Shown here: piece after piece, positions 26,943-39,599 of the stretch
Position numbering within the stretch: the first letter of the stretch is position 1
Layout: each line of letters opens with the position of its first letter
Assembly: GCF_001447785.1 (NCBI RefSeq)
Contig: NW_015169777.1
Location: 854,249 to 918,248, forward strand
Reading direction: 5' to 3'
DNA: 64,000 bases
DNA from: Gekko japonicus
Lineage: Eukaryota
The notes under the pieces: generated by a model
Seen by the model: only the letters and a program-made list of their open reading frames with translations
The model's database searches: none
What the model was told of the DNA's origin: nothing
Made by a program: the position numbers and the translations under genes

Positions 26943-27740
26943 AAAATTCAAGCATACATCAAAGGTAATTCTGTGTTTAACTGTATGTTATGTACCCACA
27001 TCATGCAGAAAGAAAACACGGGGTCGGCAGGGATGCCATTTGTCCTCCCAGTTTCTAACCCAGAACAAAGGGTTCAGTGAGCAGTGGGTGTGGTCATAGC
27101 GCACATATGCCCCTTTTCCTAGGATGCTGTTCAGTAAACCTGGCTGTTAACTTGAGATATGAACAATTTAGTCAATGCTCCTCTAACCTTGAACTTCAGT
27201 GCACAGTGCAGGGAGGGATGTGTGTTTATCTCTCCTGCCTCGTGCTGTATTTGGGGTACATCTTCCAACACTAATTCGCACACACACCCCATTCCCAGAA
27301 TATTATAAATGATTAAGTGTTTTGTACCCGTTGCTGCTTAAAAAAACAAAGTCCTGTGGGAAAATGTTTTCTCTCTGATTCACAAAGACAGTCTCAAGAT
27401 GGACACAGCCCTTAAACTTTAGAGGAGAACGGGAGATTTGGGGCTGTGAGGCATGCCTGGTTCTATAAGTTGTAAGGGGCCAATCAGGACAATTTCTCCC
27501 ATAGTTCTTGTTTCCCTAGGGTGTAGAATGAATGAGGAACCAACCTCATATGATGGCATTTTTTCTTCCTTAATTTATGCAAATCAGATAGTAAATGTTC
27601 TGTCTCTTTGCCTGAACATGACAAACATTCAGACCGCCTGCCCAGACTTTTGTTAAACTGATAGATACAATGGAGACCCATTTTGTATTTTTGGAAAATG
27701 AAACTATCAAGCTGCTCTAGGCTAGTCGTCCTCATGTAAG

Positions 27741-27746
27741 TTTATT
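27741..27746 (-). terminator. Polyadenylation signal (AATAAA) of the transferrin-like gene
   Basis: tttatt on the + strand just past the stop codon. Confidence 0.65.
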
Positions 27747-27801
27747 TAGCAAGCCTTACACCACATTCCTGCTTCAGTCCATGGAGTTTGTCAGTAGACA
27801 T

Positions 27802-27854
27802 TCAGTGTGGGGCAGCATAGGTGCAAGTATCTTGTCTGCAGATGTCAAGGATGT
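27802..27854 (-). CDS. Transferrin-like terminal coding exon
   Basis: cttttggttttcag|DILDICRQDTCTYAAPH-TGA, resembling the transferrin 'LLEAC' tail; AATAAA about 55 nt after the stop. The 16 exons sum to 2148 nt = 715 aa + stop. Confidence 0.85.
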
Positions 27855-28935
27855 CTGAAAACCAAAAGAGGATTATTTTAATTTATGATGCTACCAATGC
27901 TCAGAGATGAGTGTTGTGATTCCCCCAAAGTACAGGAAAAACTCAAAATGTGGCAAAAGTACACTTTGTGAGAGCTTTATCTTTTTAGTAAAAACCCAGC
28001 CTCTAGCCCACAGTGTTGTGAAGATATAAAGATCTATCACAACAAAGGATCCAAATATATTCATCTATCTCTGTTTAACAGTTAATTAGAAGAAGCCATC
28101 ACTGAAAAAAACCTGGGACCTTTCTGCTTTCTTCCCTCTCTGATTTTCATGTACATCTAGAAATGAAATCTGAAGAAGCTTCAAAAGCCATTTCAAATGC
28201 TTCTATCAATATAACAAAATGTTTTTTGGTACTTTAAAGATGAAAACTTACTGTGGCATAAGCCTTAACTTTGTCAGATGCATGAAGTGCAGAGGCACTC
28301 AGTTGGCAGAGAAAAATACATACCCAAAGTTACTAATAGGAAAAGGGCAGAGGCCAGAAGACCCCATTTCTTAGGACAAAGATGTGTTACATAATGTTGG
28401 AGGATAAACACGAAAACAAAGTTCCCTTCAATAGCAACTTAGTCAGTTGTGAACCACTGCCAAATGTTGATTAATTAGCAAAGGAGAATAAATCTGAATA
28501 ATATGCATGAAATTACAAGAAGAGACTAGAACTTTTCTGAGTGAACCAACCATCCCTAGTCCCTGCTGAGTCCAAACCTAATAGTATTAACTCTACATAT
28601 TGAGGTCGTCTGCTGGATCCTACCCTCTAGGATTTTCCTTGAGTCTTGGGCTGAAACAGTTGAATGATGGAATTTTATGTTTCTGGTTCTTTAGCTGATA
28701 TGAGAATCAGCAGTATGGCATGAAAGCAAAATTACTCAAATGGATTGGAATTACACAAAAGGAAGTATGTTTCAATCATTTCCTTTTCTTAAAAATACCA
28801 TGAAATTCTAGGATAAAAATACTTTCAGCAATCCTACATTTTCTTAAACCGAAGTTGTTGGGGGGGGGGTTAATCCTAGAATTATCCTCTTGCTTCAGGT
28901 AGGGCTAAGGATTCCCTACAGCAATTTGCATAAGC

Positions 28936-30583
28936 AGGCCTAGGAGCGGGCCTCTTTTTTAGCTTTTAGTCTCTTATTTCTGGGGTAGTCTCTTAAAGTC
29001 TCTTTTTTTCAGAATAAGTATCTTTTCTCTCCTTTTTTGTGCCTTCAAGTGCTCAAGAAATTAAAATTGTGGAATAGGATTGTGGGATGTGCTATTCTTC
29101 AAATGCAATAAAGGTATGTGATTTGTCTTATTAAATGTACAGTCAATATTTCTTTTTTATGAGTTTCTTATGATGAGAATTTGCTCATAATGAACACAAA
29201 TTGTATGTGTGTGTGTGTGTTATGATGCTCTGAAGAAGCTTTGCAACTTGTATAATCTTCCTGGGTAGCCCTTTTTCAACCCACCCCTTGAAAATGTTAC
29301 ATTTCATTAGTGTATTAGGCATGTTGCATTTTATTACAGTGTTATTCTATTAGTATCTTATTTTAATGCTTTACTTTTTTCATTTTCCTATTCTTTTTTC
29401 CTTCCTTTTAGTATTCATGTTGAAATGGTTGGCTGCTGATCTGTGAACTGAAGTGTTAATTATGGGAAAGTGCAAATTTAGAGCTGATTGGCTTCTTAAA
29501 AAAGACCGTAATGGACATTTGATGTCAGCATGGACATCAAGACACAGTGAAACTGAAGTGTTTTGCAAACTTTGTGTGTGTACAATAGATTTTCAGAACA
29601 AAGGTCTTCATGCTCTTCTTCAACACTCGGACTATGCTAAACATAAAAAATTAGCCTCTGGTGTCCTAGGGGCTAAATTTTACATCCCACTCAAGTTTTG
29701 AGAGAAAAATTATATTCTTTATCATTTTGTAGTTACACAAAATGTGTATACTTACACATTTGTTTCTGGTCTCAACCGGCTGTCCGAGTTCGGACTCTCC
29801 GCCCCACGGGGAAGATGGGAGTTACCTCCCATCTCCAAGCAAGGAGACCACCATCAAGCCGGAGAAGAGCTGGGGAGATGGGGGAGTGGAAGAGAAGGAG
29901 GGATACAGCAGACAAGAAGACCAGGAAGTATTCACCAAAGAGGGCTGGACTGACAGAGCTTTGAGAACTGGAGACGCTTCGAAGCCCAAAGGAAGCAAGA
30001 TGAACGACAAAGAGAGATTGAGCCCCAAGGAGATGAAGATGTGACCTCAATGTCCTGTAGACAAGATCCACCTGGGCAGAAAGGTGGAAACATACCTGGA
30101 GCGAGTTCTCAATTATTGGCAGGGGAGGGGAAGTCTAGGAATTGATTAATTAAGAGGGAAGTCAAGGGAGAGCCGAGGTGGACGTGCCCACTTGACTCCA
30201 CGTGCAGAGACCTGGAGGGTCAAATGGGAGAAAGTGGGAGGCAGGGAAGAGGGGGACGAAGGTCAGGAGTAACCTCTCCCTTTGTCACCACTGAGGCTCA
30301 TCCTGTGACTAGAATCCTCTGAGAATAATCATCTTCGAGCGACTGTCCTCTTCGCACTTGGCACAATGAAACCCAGGTACTGACACCGGCTTTTCTTTGG
30401 TTGGGGATTATTGAAAAATACATGTATTTTATTTATCAGAATTTTTAGTGAGAAAACATGTGAGCATCAAACATTTGAACCATATGGAGCACTTGGTGAC
30501 TTGGTCACTTTAGTCTCTTTTCAGTCTCTTTTCCTGCCATTTTAGTCTCTTTTCTCTGCTTTTTTGGGGTGGTCTACCAGTCC
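28936..30583 (+). mobile_element. Degenerate hAT-like transposon retaining a BED/TTF-type zinc-finger exon (about 29462-29670)
   Basis: MGKCKFRADWL...W...VFCKLC...LLQH....HKK pattern; clustered AGTCTCT subterminal repeats at both ends. Confidence 0.6.
29781..30385. mobile_element. Solo LTR (605 bp) nested in the hAT relic
   Basis: TGTC...GACA termini with perfect 5-bp TSD CCGGC. Confidence 0.8.
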
Positions 30584-30861
30584 TAGCCCTGCATAAGGGA
30601 CTTCCTAGCTTTCACTACTCTCCCTCTTAACTGCCACACTACACTCACTCTGAATAGCCTGGGCCAGCTGGAGTGTGCAGTGTGCATGCCTTCTGGTGGT
30701 CCGAACTGTAGGGGCCAATCTACACTGCCAGGCAGACAGAGGATTAGTTGAGCCTGCTTCCATGTGACTACATTGCTTATCACAGGTCAGTTACAATCTG
30801 TTCACATCTCTCTGAACAAAAGTCTGACCTGCTGTGTTTCCCTCAGAGCAGCCCAGCTTAC

Positions 30862-31039
30862 CTGCATGTGTGCAGTTGAACACAGATTCTACAAGCTGGA
30901 AGAAAGATGTTCCAATAATTGCCTCATAATCCAGGTGGCTTGTGGGAGCAAGATAGTGAGTGGCATCTTTAAAGAGGAGGTCACTCTCTCCATACTGTTG
31001 TGACTGAAAGAGCTGAAATGTAGACCCCAAGCTTGGTTC
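30862..31039 (-). CDS. Transferrin-like exon (TF exon 16 equivalent)
   Basis: EPSLGSTFQLFQSQQYGESDLLFKDATHYL...FNCTHA; 178 nt, phase 0->1. Confidence 0.93.
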
Positions 31040-31209
31040 CTAAAAGGAAACAGACAGAACTATGGTTTCAGCCTAGACAGCTCACTCTCTTCTCAGCCCT
31101 CTCCCCATACCTCTCAGCTGGATTGTTCAGCATTTGCTCAGATCCTTACTAAGCCTTCTATGTGAATGTATATAAAAGATTGGTTCACTCAGGGTTAATC
31201 AGAGACAAC

Positions 31210-31552
31210 CAGAGGTCATTTCGGGGGGGGAATGCGGGGGAACGCAGTTCCCCCGGGTGAGGTGCAGGGGGGCGGGGCACATGATGAAGCCCTGCCCCCT
31301 GCTTCCGGCTGCCCCGCTTCCAGCCCTCATTCAGCCAGGAGGAGGCAGGAGAAGAGGGAGGGTAAGTTGTTTCCTCCCCGCCTCTCCCCACCCCTGCCTG
31401 CCTGGGGCCAGGGAGGGCCTTCGCGGGGCTTCCTCGCACTCCCGCTGGCCTTGCAGGTCCACCACCGGGCCCCTGATGTCAGGGGGTGTGGCATATGCTA
31501 ATGAGTTATGCTAATGAGTTCCCCTAGCTCTTTTTCTACGAAATGACCCCTG
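31210..31552 (+). mobile_element. hAT-type MITE family C
   Basis: TIRs CAGAGGTCATTTCG / CGAAATGACCCCTG; perfect 8-bp TSD GAGACAAC. Confidence 0.9.
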
Positions 31553-31928
31553 GAGACAACCATCTCAACAGGCAGATCTGAGGTATCATTAAGTCCAAGA
31601 CAGCAGGTAGAAGACGGAAGTTACTCTTTTGGGCATAATCTGCTAGGATGTTTTCTTGCATAAGAGCCATTGATAAAAAGAAGTACATGTATTAATACAT
31701 GTACTTCTTTTTATCAATGGGTTTTAATATTGGCCCTCTTTTCCACTAAACCTTTGTTTGGTTTTGGATTTCTTTGTTAGGTTTAGTTTTCTTTCCCTTT
31801 TTTGTCCCTGCTTCTTGCATAAGAGCTGCAGAACAAGGAACTGGAAGGGCTAGTAGCTAAGCAGCTCCTGGATTTTTGGCTGCTACTACTTCCCACTCAT
31901 CAAAGTTTTCCCTGGTGACCTGTGGTCA

Positions 31929-32113
31929 GAGTTAGTGTGAGCTAGCTCAGTTTTTTAGCCTCCGGCTTACACATTTTTGTCTTAGCTCAGGAAGGATGGC
32001 TCCAGAGCAAACTAATTTATGCAGTAGCCAAATCGCTGGCTCATAACTTTAATGCCAGTAGTTCATAAAATAGAATCTTTGCTCACAAGACTCCAAAGCT
32101 AAGAAAGAGCATT
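31929..32113 (+). mobile_element. MITE family B, 5'-truncated
   Basis: Near-identical to 21958-22144. Confidence 0.8.
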
Positions 32114-32311
32114 ACCTGTGGTGTATGCTAGGAAAATTACTGTGCTCTTTCATAGTTTGCATTCATTTTAGTGGTGTCTGCACAGTGACTTTTCCTTGCC
32201 CATGTGAACTAAGGTAGGAGATATCATTTGGATATTTCCACCTCACATATTCTGGATCTCAAAGATCCTTAATAATCTCAAAAAGATTTAATCCACAACT
32301 TCCAAACTGAC

Positions 32312-32496
32312 CTGTGATTGCCGCAGGAAATCATTGACCTTACTAACAGCCATCGAGCGTGTCACCACTATGTTAGGAGGAACAAGGCCCAGGTTGCAGG
32401 CCTTCCAGTCCTCTATTGCAGCACGATGTCCATCCGGGCACAAGAGTTCAAAGTCACTGGGAGTGTTTCCTGTCCCCCAGCCTGAGCTCTCCAAGT
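32312..32496 (-). CDS. Transferrin-like exon (TF exon 15 equivalent)
   Basis: YLESSGW...DFELLCPDGHRAAIEDWKACNLGLVPPNIVVTR...SQ; 185 nt, phase 1->0. Confidence 0.95.
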
Positions 32497-32705
32497 CTGC
32501 AAAGGAATAGAAGTGAAGCAGTTACTAATGAGAGCCAGCCATTAGACCAGCCTGTGTTGTAAATAGGATCCAAAGATCTGACATTGGCATTAGGAAACTT
32601 ATACAGATAACCAAATGACAGTTCTACAAATAGGCACAAACCAGGAAAATGCTGTTCATATGCTTTCTGAGTCTGAGGCCTTTTTAAAAAATAAAATCTA
32701 GATTA

Positions 32706-33110
32706 TTGGGATCACAGCTACAAACTCTTTATAGCCTGGTTAACAGAACTTGTTCTCCCTTACATCTGGGGATTATTCCTAATGCAAATCTTCCAGCAGT
32801 ATACCTCTATCAACTCATAGCTCCAAATTTGCGTAGAGCCATATCCTTGGCTAGATTTAATGTTCTTCCTTCAGCTATTTTATCTGGCAGATTCCAAGGG
32901 ATTCCCTATCCTAGCAGGTGCTGTCCTTGTAGGAAGGATTGTGTTGAAACTGTTGCCCATGTTCTCTTCCAGTACCCTCTCTATTTGGCGTCCCGTCGGG
33001 ATCTTCTATATCCCATATTAGTCCATTTTTTAGAGTCCCCTGATGATTTTAAGCTTCTTTTCTTGCTCGATAACACAGTCAATTCCACTGCTGGTGGCTG
33101 CAGCGGCAAA
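32706..33110 (+). mobile_element. Non-LTR retrotransposon ORF2 C-terminal fragment (zinc knuckle)
   Basis: RRAISLARFNVLPS...GRF...RCCPC....ETVAHVLF..PLY...R motif. Confidence 0.75.
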
Positions 33111-33653
33111 GTCCTTCTCCTGGGGTCTCCCAGCACTTCCCCTTACATAGACCAAGGACACTCGCCTTTGGGTCACCACAGCTGAGGGAGTAATTTTGTA
33201 GCAATGTACCTCCTTTCAACTGTGCTGTAGCAGTTAGAACACTACAGGCACAGCTAGGAATAGATTTGGTAGGCTTGTAAACATTAACCTTAAAACAGCT
33301 GGGTAACCTTAAAATTGCTTGAACAGGCTAACCAAACATGAAAGCATTGTTTTAAAAAATCTCTGCAGTGTAGTTTTAGCCAGAATTGAAAAGGCAGATT
33401 TAAAATGGCCATGTAGTTTATGTCATTTTGACCCTTATTTTTTAAACAATATAAAAGTAGCTTGTATACCCTTTTGTAAATTTGAACTAGTCCCCTTCCC
33501 TCATTACCCTTACAGGCTACAATAGGAAACTGAATAGCTAGGCCCAGGACAGGAATATCAGAACTTTGCTGATTTGGTATCATAAATGTTGCAAATTTGG
33601 GAGGAAAATCTTGTTTGGGGGAGTCATTTTCCAAATTATAAAGAGCACCTTAC

Positions 33654-33736
33654 ACTCAATATTTTGGAGCAGGTTATGATGTTCCAAGAAAGCCACATCA
33701 CCAAAGTTTCTCCCACTGGGGTCGCCAAGGAGACAT
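33654..33736 (-). CDS. Transferrin-like exon (TF exon 14 equivalent)
   Basis: CLLGDPSGRNFGDVAFLEHHNLLQNIE; 83 nt, phase 2->1. Confidence 0.93.
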
Positions 33737-35614
33737 CTGGAATAAGAATGAATGGTCCCAATGCAGGGAGTTAGTCTCATTGAACCAACTGTATAACAAA
33801 CAACTGAAGACTCACTGCTTTTAGTGGGATGATAAAGACTAACTGTAGTTGTATCTGGGCCGGCATATCTAAATCAGTGATGAAAATCTCTGAGACCACA
33901 GATAATGGAGCACTGGGTGACTTGACAGTTGAGCCCAGGGTTTGAGAAACTAATAAAAATTGTTGCCAAGTTCCAGATAATAAAACAGTCCTTTAAAAAC
34001 TTCTGGGCATACATTACAACGGATGACCAAAATTTTATTAATGTCAATGTTTGTCCATAAATGCTGAAAACTGTATTACTATAGGTTTGATTCAGCTCAA
34101 GGAATCCACTACAGTGAGGAGAAGGTTAACCCCTCTGTGACAGTCATAAAATTTAGAGCATTCATTGTAACCTATGTTACGTTAATAATCAGAAATTTAC
34201 ATTCAGTTTACTAGTAACTTTTAAGATTAAGAGAATAACCAGAAAAAAGGAACATTAGAGTTTTCATGAATGAATCAGTGAACAGTGTTTCCTGGAAAAA
34301 GGTATTGCATTCATTTGCTTGGAGATCGGGACCCTCATTTGTCTTATGTATCTCTTTGATGGGATGCCTCCCCCCCCCCTCCCCAGTTCAGGACATATTG
34401 AAGCAGAGACATTTTTAATCCATGGGTAAGAACTGTCCAAATGAATACTTTCACCGTACAAAAATGAGTAGAGAAAGCCCACCCCCCCAGTGGGGGATAT
34501 ACATAAAAACAAGTTATTAAATGACAAAATTTAAGGTGTCTAAATTTGAGGCTCCCTTTTGAGGCCCAAACCAAATGGTCCCCCCTATCCATTGGCACTA
34601 ATAATGGAAAGTGACCTGAGAGGACCGTGAGACTGAGCATTGTACCTCACGGTCTAGAAAAATACAAGCCCTGATCCATCTGTCTTTACTGCTAGCATAA
34701 TGTCAGGTTTGGCTGGCTCTCTTCCCACCCTAACTAACTAATCCAAAGAAAGGAAGAGTTTTGCTCCTCAAAATTAGCAAGAGCAGTGTAACAGCTCTTG
34801 AAATTGCCAGTCACTGCAGGAAGGACTGGAACTGGAAACAGCAACTATTCATTGCCTCTGGAAAAAGTTGGAGGAATAACCTTTTCCAAGATACCCTCCA
34901 AGCTGAATGTCTTCAGCAAATGTCTAGATATCATCATTTAAATCATTCACCAATAAAGGGCATTTTCCATATCATGGGTGGAAAGGATAAAAACAAGCCT
35001 CTTGATACACATACTACTGATATTTCCTGTTGTGACCCCTAAATTTAAGATTTATTTATATTAGCATTAGCAGGTATTGGGTGATGTACAACATTCATAA
35101 AAACATATCAGGATCAGGATAAAACAATTAAATCATTAATAACACATTTCTAACACATTTCAAACAGATCAGATGGTGTGTACTAATTTATCCAATTTCA
35201 GACTGCTGGCTACTTCATGAGCAGGAGAGAAAAGGACAAGGCAGATATAAGAAGCAGCAGGAGCGGAAAAGTAACAGTAAATGTCAGTGTTCATCATCGC
35301 CAGTGCTCAGAACCTGCACATCTCTCAAGTGGAAGACATGCAAATGTTGATTTCTCTGACTTGATGATACTATGGAGAAATGGGAGCAGGGAGAAGACTT
35401 TCACATCCTGTTCTTCTACAACAGACATTTGACGTCTCTCCCAGTCACAATTTTAATTATTTGTTCTTGGTCTTTTTGAGGGCATTTCGATTGTCACCTG
35501 GCAGCTACCACAACAATTTTAAGAATTGTTGGACAAAACCGATCTTTCAGTTGGCAACATTAAGCAGATGCTAATATTAAATACTAGTCCTCTCTTTCTA
35601 AACAATCTGCTCAC

Positions 35615-35771
35615 CTGAGAGTACCCATGTTTCCATAGTAGCGTTCGTTATGATTGGCAGCACACCTAGCCAATCCCTTGCCTCCTTCCATCTCCTTTTG
35701 TCCAATGCAGACTTTACAAAGGTTCCCATTGGCTCCTGGCATGCAACTCTTCCAAAAGAAATCCTGGAAAG
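35615..35771 (-). CDS. Transferrin-like exon (TF exon 13 equivalent)
   Basis: AFQDFFWKSCMPGANGNLCKVCIG...CAANHNERYYGNMGTLR; 157 nt, phase 1->2. Confidence 0.93.
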
Positions 35772-36143
35772 CTTTGGAGAAGGAGCACCTGCTATTATCC
35801 AATGGAATGATACCAAACTGTCTCTTCTCTCACTGTGTATAGCACTCTATTGAACTGGAGGGTCCTCACAATCAGTCACCATAAAGACCAGTCCTATGAA
35901 CCTGCAGCTTGCAGAGACTGTAGTCTAAGATCAGAATTCAATCAGGAGCCAAGGTCCAGGCTAACAAACTATCCTGGAGTAGGTGTGCACTTGCTGTATT
36001 TGGATATTTGAAATATTCAATATAAACTTGATATACTCTTATCCCTGGCTTTTCATGTTAACAATAACCCAATCAGGCTCCAACATCCCTTCTGCCCACC
36101 CTTCTTACATCAGACTGTCTCACGGTTTTGCTGATATTCTCAC

Positions 36144-36326
36144 CAGAGCTGATGTTGCAGCTGAGGGACTCATTCTCCAGTGCCCCCACAGTGTATTGAG
36201 AAAGAAGCAGCCATCCTCCGGGACTGTACACATGGCTGTGGCAGGAGCGCCTTCCCTCCAGATTGTGAATTTTTATGTGCTTGTCATTCTTCTTTGCTAA
36301 GGCAACTGCGAAGGTGGGAGGCAGTG
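36144..36326 (-). CDS. Transferrin-like exon (equivalent to TF exon 12); frame not shown in the ORF track
   Basis: cag|ALPPTFAVALAKKNDKHIKIHNLEGRRSCHSHVYSPGGWLLLSQY...CNISS|gtgaga; 183 nt, phase 1->1. Confidence 0.92.
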
Positions 36327-37396
36327 CTGTGCGGCGACAGCAACCAGTTAGAAATCAGAGTGGCATAACAAGAGGAACTGGGAATTAAAAATGCCCTTGC
36401 GTTCAGCTCTGCCATAAGCAAAGTGGAGATGGTGGATTTTGGATGCCACTAAGGGCAGAAGTGTGATAGACAGGTGTGACCCACAGGGCAACAACCCATT
36501 AAAAAGCTCAAAAGCCTCAGCCAAATGAACTAATGCGCTCCTGAGCAGCTCCCATTTACTTCAGTGAGGTTTGTGCCAGAGAACTTCCTGATTGTGCCCC
36601 ATGCTAGAGTCGGCTTTTTCTGTGGTGCTCATTATACTGGGATCTTTTGTGGTGTGGGGGCTCCCCCAAGTTCTAAGGGGGAAATTGGTGCAACCTTATA
36701 TATGAATATCAGCACCTTTACAAAAGAATTTTTTAACAAAAACACTGGGTAGAGTGGAACTTCTGCTTCAGGGAACTGACCTTTTAGAGGGATATTTCTT
36801 TAAACCTCATCTTGCTTGGGGAATTGCAGAGCAAAGAAAAACTACTTTTCTAAGATAACTGCATTAGCATCCCAGTTCTCTCTTTCTACTCAGGCCCATT
36901 ACCTGTACGGGGAGTCGATATCTCTTGTCCCTCTTCTCTTCTAGCTTCTGNNNNNNNNNNNNNNNNNNNNNNNNNNNNNNNNNNNNNNNNNNNNNNAGAA
37001 CACAATACATTTTCCCCAGAGATGACCCGTGGGGCCAGGTCAACAGAGTGGTCTGGGAATTATGTGCTTCCCATCCATGCATGGGCCTGATTCAGATTGT
37101 GTCAACACAATGTGGAGAAAGGGGGCTTAGCAGAAGCCATTTTCTTAACCTAAACATGTAGCCCATCAGCACACATTAAGTTTCCTCAACAGGGAAAACA
37201 GGTGTTCCTTAGTTCTACTCTAGTTGGGAAAATGGCACATAAGGAAAGACTTAGATTCCCTGTCCCTGCAATTGGCAGTTCTAATCTGAACTGTGCCCAC
37301 GTGCATCTTGGAAACACAGAACATGCCTACCGACCAAACTATGAACATACTTGGGGAAAATTTATCTTGTAGCTAGATCCAAAAAAAGTGAAAGCA

Positions 37397-38450
37397 GGAA
37401 TTATAGAGTTGGAAGGGACCTCCAGGGTCATCTACTCCAACCCCCTACACAATGCAGGAAATTCACAAATACCTTCCCCTCCACACCCCCAGTGACCCCT
37501 GCTCCATGCCCAAAAGATGGCAATAAAACCCCTTCAGGATCCCTGGGCAAACTGGCCTGGAAAAAAATTGCTTCCTCATCTCAAAGTGGTGATCAGCAGT
37601 TCCCTGGGTGTGTCAGAAAGGGCCACGAGAACTAAGCACTGGTGCAGCCCTTCCTGCCCTCCCTCTCATGATCTGCCTAAGTTCACAGAATCAGCACTGC
37701 TGAAAGATGGCCATCTAGCCTCTGTTTGAAAACCTCCAAAGAAGGAGAGCCCACTGCCTCCCAAGGAAGCCTGTTCCACTGAGGAACCACGCGAACTCTC
37801 AGGAAATTCTTCATATTCTCCTCTGATTCTCCTCTGATTTAATTTAAACTCATTGGTTCTGGTCTGATCTTCTGGGGTAACAGAAAACAACTCTGTACCA
37901 TCCTCTATATGACAGCCCTTCAGGTACTTGAAGATGGTTATATCACCAGTTCCTTCAACCTTTCCTCATAGGACTTGGTCTCTAGACCCCTTCACCATCT
38001 TCGTTGCCATCCTCTGGACATGTTCCAGCTTGTCTATATCCTTCTTAAATTAATGGTGCCCAAAACTGAACACAATACTCTAAATGAGGTCTGACCAGAG
38101 CAGAGTAAAGCAACACCATCACTTTGCATGATCTGGACACTATACTTCTGTTGATACAGCCCTTTGCCTTTTAGCTACCTCATCACACTGCTGACTCATG
38201 TTCTGTGTATGGCCTACTAGGACCCCTAGATCCTTTTTGTATATACTGCTGCCAAGACAAGTCTCCCCATCGTATAATTATGCATTTGATTTTTTCTACC
38301 TAAATGCATAACTTTACATTTATCCCCACTGAAATTCATTTTTTTTGTTTTAGCCCAGTTTTCCATCCTGTATCCTAACACTGTCTTCTACCATATTTGC
38401 TACACCCCCCAACATAGTATCATCTGCAAATTTAATAAGCATTCCCTCTA
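37397..38450 (-). mobile_element. CR1 LINE 3' fragment
   Basis: LFSVTPEDQTRTNEFKL (RTRxNGxKL motif), RT motif FADDT (tatcatctgcaaa on +), CR1 3' tail ggaagggacc. Confidence 0.88.
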
Positions 38451-39362
38451 TACCTCACCATTAATCCACTGAACAAAGATGGTGTGGCAAGGTAGACTAA
38501 TTGCATCAGGTCATCCACAAGAATGATCTTTTCGTGGGGAGGGCAGGATACAAATGCAACTAATAAATAAAATAATAAATAAATAAACATGGTAATACCA
38601 GCTTTTATGGGGAAGTTCCATATCCACTTGCTTTAGAAGCCAGAATCTAATGGTACTGCTGGGAATTCCCCATGTTGAACATTCCAGGTGGGCAAGCACA
38701 GAAAGGAGACTTCAGCTACTACCGCTCTGGCAAATTACGAAGTCCTTGTGGTCTCTAGGTATTTGCAGCAACAAGTCCAAGAAGACAGCTACAGTGACAG
38801 GCACTATGAGCTGCTTATTCAAGCTTTGTCATTCAATGACTAGCAACTTAAAGTGATGACTTACATTAATGATTTATCAATCTACATACGTAACAGCACA
38901 GAAAAAAACTACTATAATACCACCTCAAATACAGTTCATAATGTACTACTGAGTGTAGCACAACCTAGTGATACATCAGCTGGCTCATGCCAAAAGATTT
39001 TCAGGGTATAAGCTTTATGCCATTTAGTCCTTACGTGTCTCAAGCCTTTTAGAGAACTCAGCAGGAAGGCAAACACACACACACCCCAATGCCATGAACA
39101 GGGTTAAGTATTTTGCATGCCTTTCACAGCTGTATTCTTGGCTTTTTGTAGAGACCTACAAAACCTTAGTCCACTGGCTGCTACACAGAAATTTTAGATG
39201 GCAATGGTCTTCTGAACACAGACTGAGGCATGAGAGAAGACAGTCTTCTCTGAAGTCCAGCTGTGGTATGAACGCTGGCAGCAGTTTTACCAAGGGTAGT
39301 TTTGAGAATGGCACTAAGCTCCCCATTTCCACAAACTGCATGAATCAGAGTAGCAAACTCAC

Positions 39363-39453
39363 CATAGCACTCTGCAACAACAGGAACTAGCCCACACTTC
39401 TTGGCAAAATAGGTGTGTGTGGCATCCAGTGTAACAGCATCTGCCACATTGTT
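39363..39453 (-). CDS. Transferrin-like exon 10 (intact copy)
   Basis: ttgcag|NNVADAVTLDATHTYFAKKCGLVPVVAECY G|gtgagt; 91 nt, phase 0->1. Confidence 0.92.
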
Positions 39454-39510
39454 CTGCAACACAACAAAGGCCTGTTTAGCAGGTTGCATGAATCAGAGTA
39501 GCAAGCGCAC

Positions 39511-39599
39511 CATAACACTGCAGCAACAGGAACTAGTGCATATTTCTTGGCAAAATAGGCGTGTGTGGCATCCAGAGTAACAGTATCTGCCACATTGTT
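39511..39599 (-). pseudogene. Decayed duplicate of exon 10 (pseudo-exon)
   Basis: NNVADTVTLDATHAYFAKKYALVPVAA; 89 nt (2-nt deletion relative to the intact copy); donor changed from gtgagt to gtgcgc. Confidence 0.85.

Noticed and set aside
27741-28492. Tail-to-tail overlap of PRR14L and transferrin-like transcripts
   Set aside because: Requires PRR14L to bypass the ATTAAA at 26937 and use the AATAAA at 28487; unsupported without 3'-end data.
30791-30861. Read-through C-terminus (GKLGC...DVNRL) as the true end of the protein
   Set aside because: A consensus donor at 30861 and a better transferrin-like terminal exon with a poly(A) signal at 27854-27802 exist.
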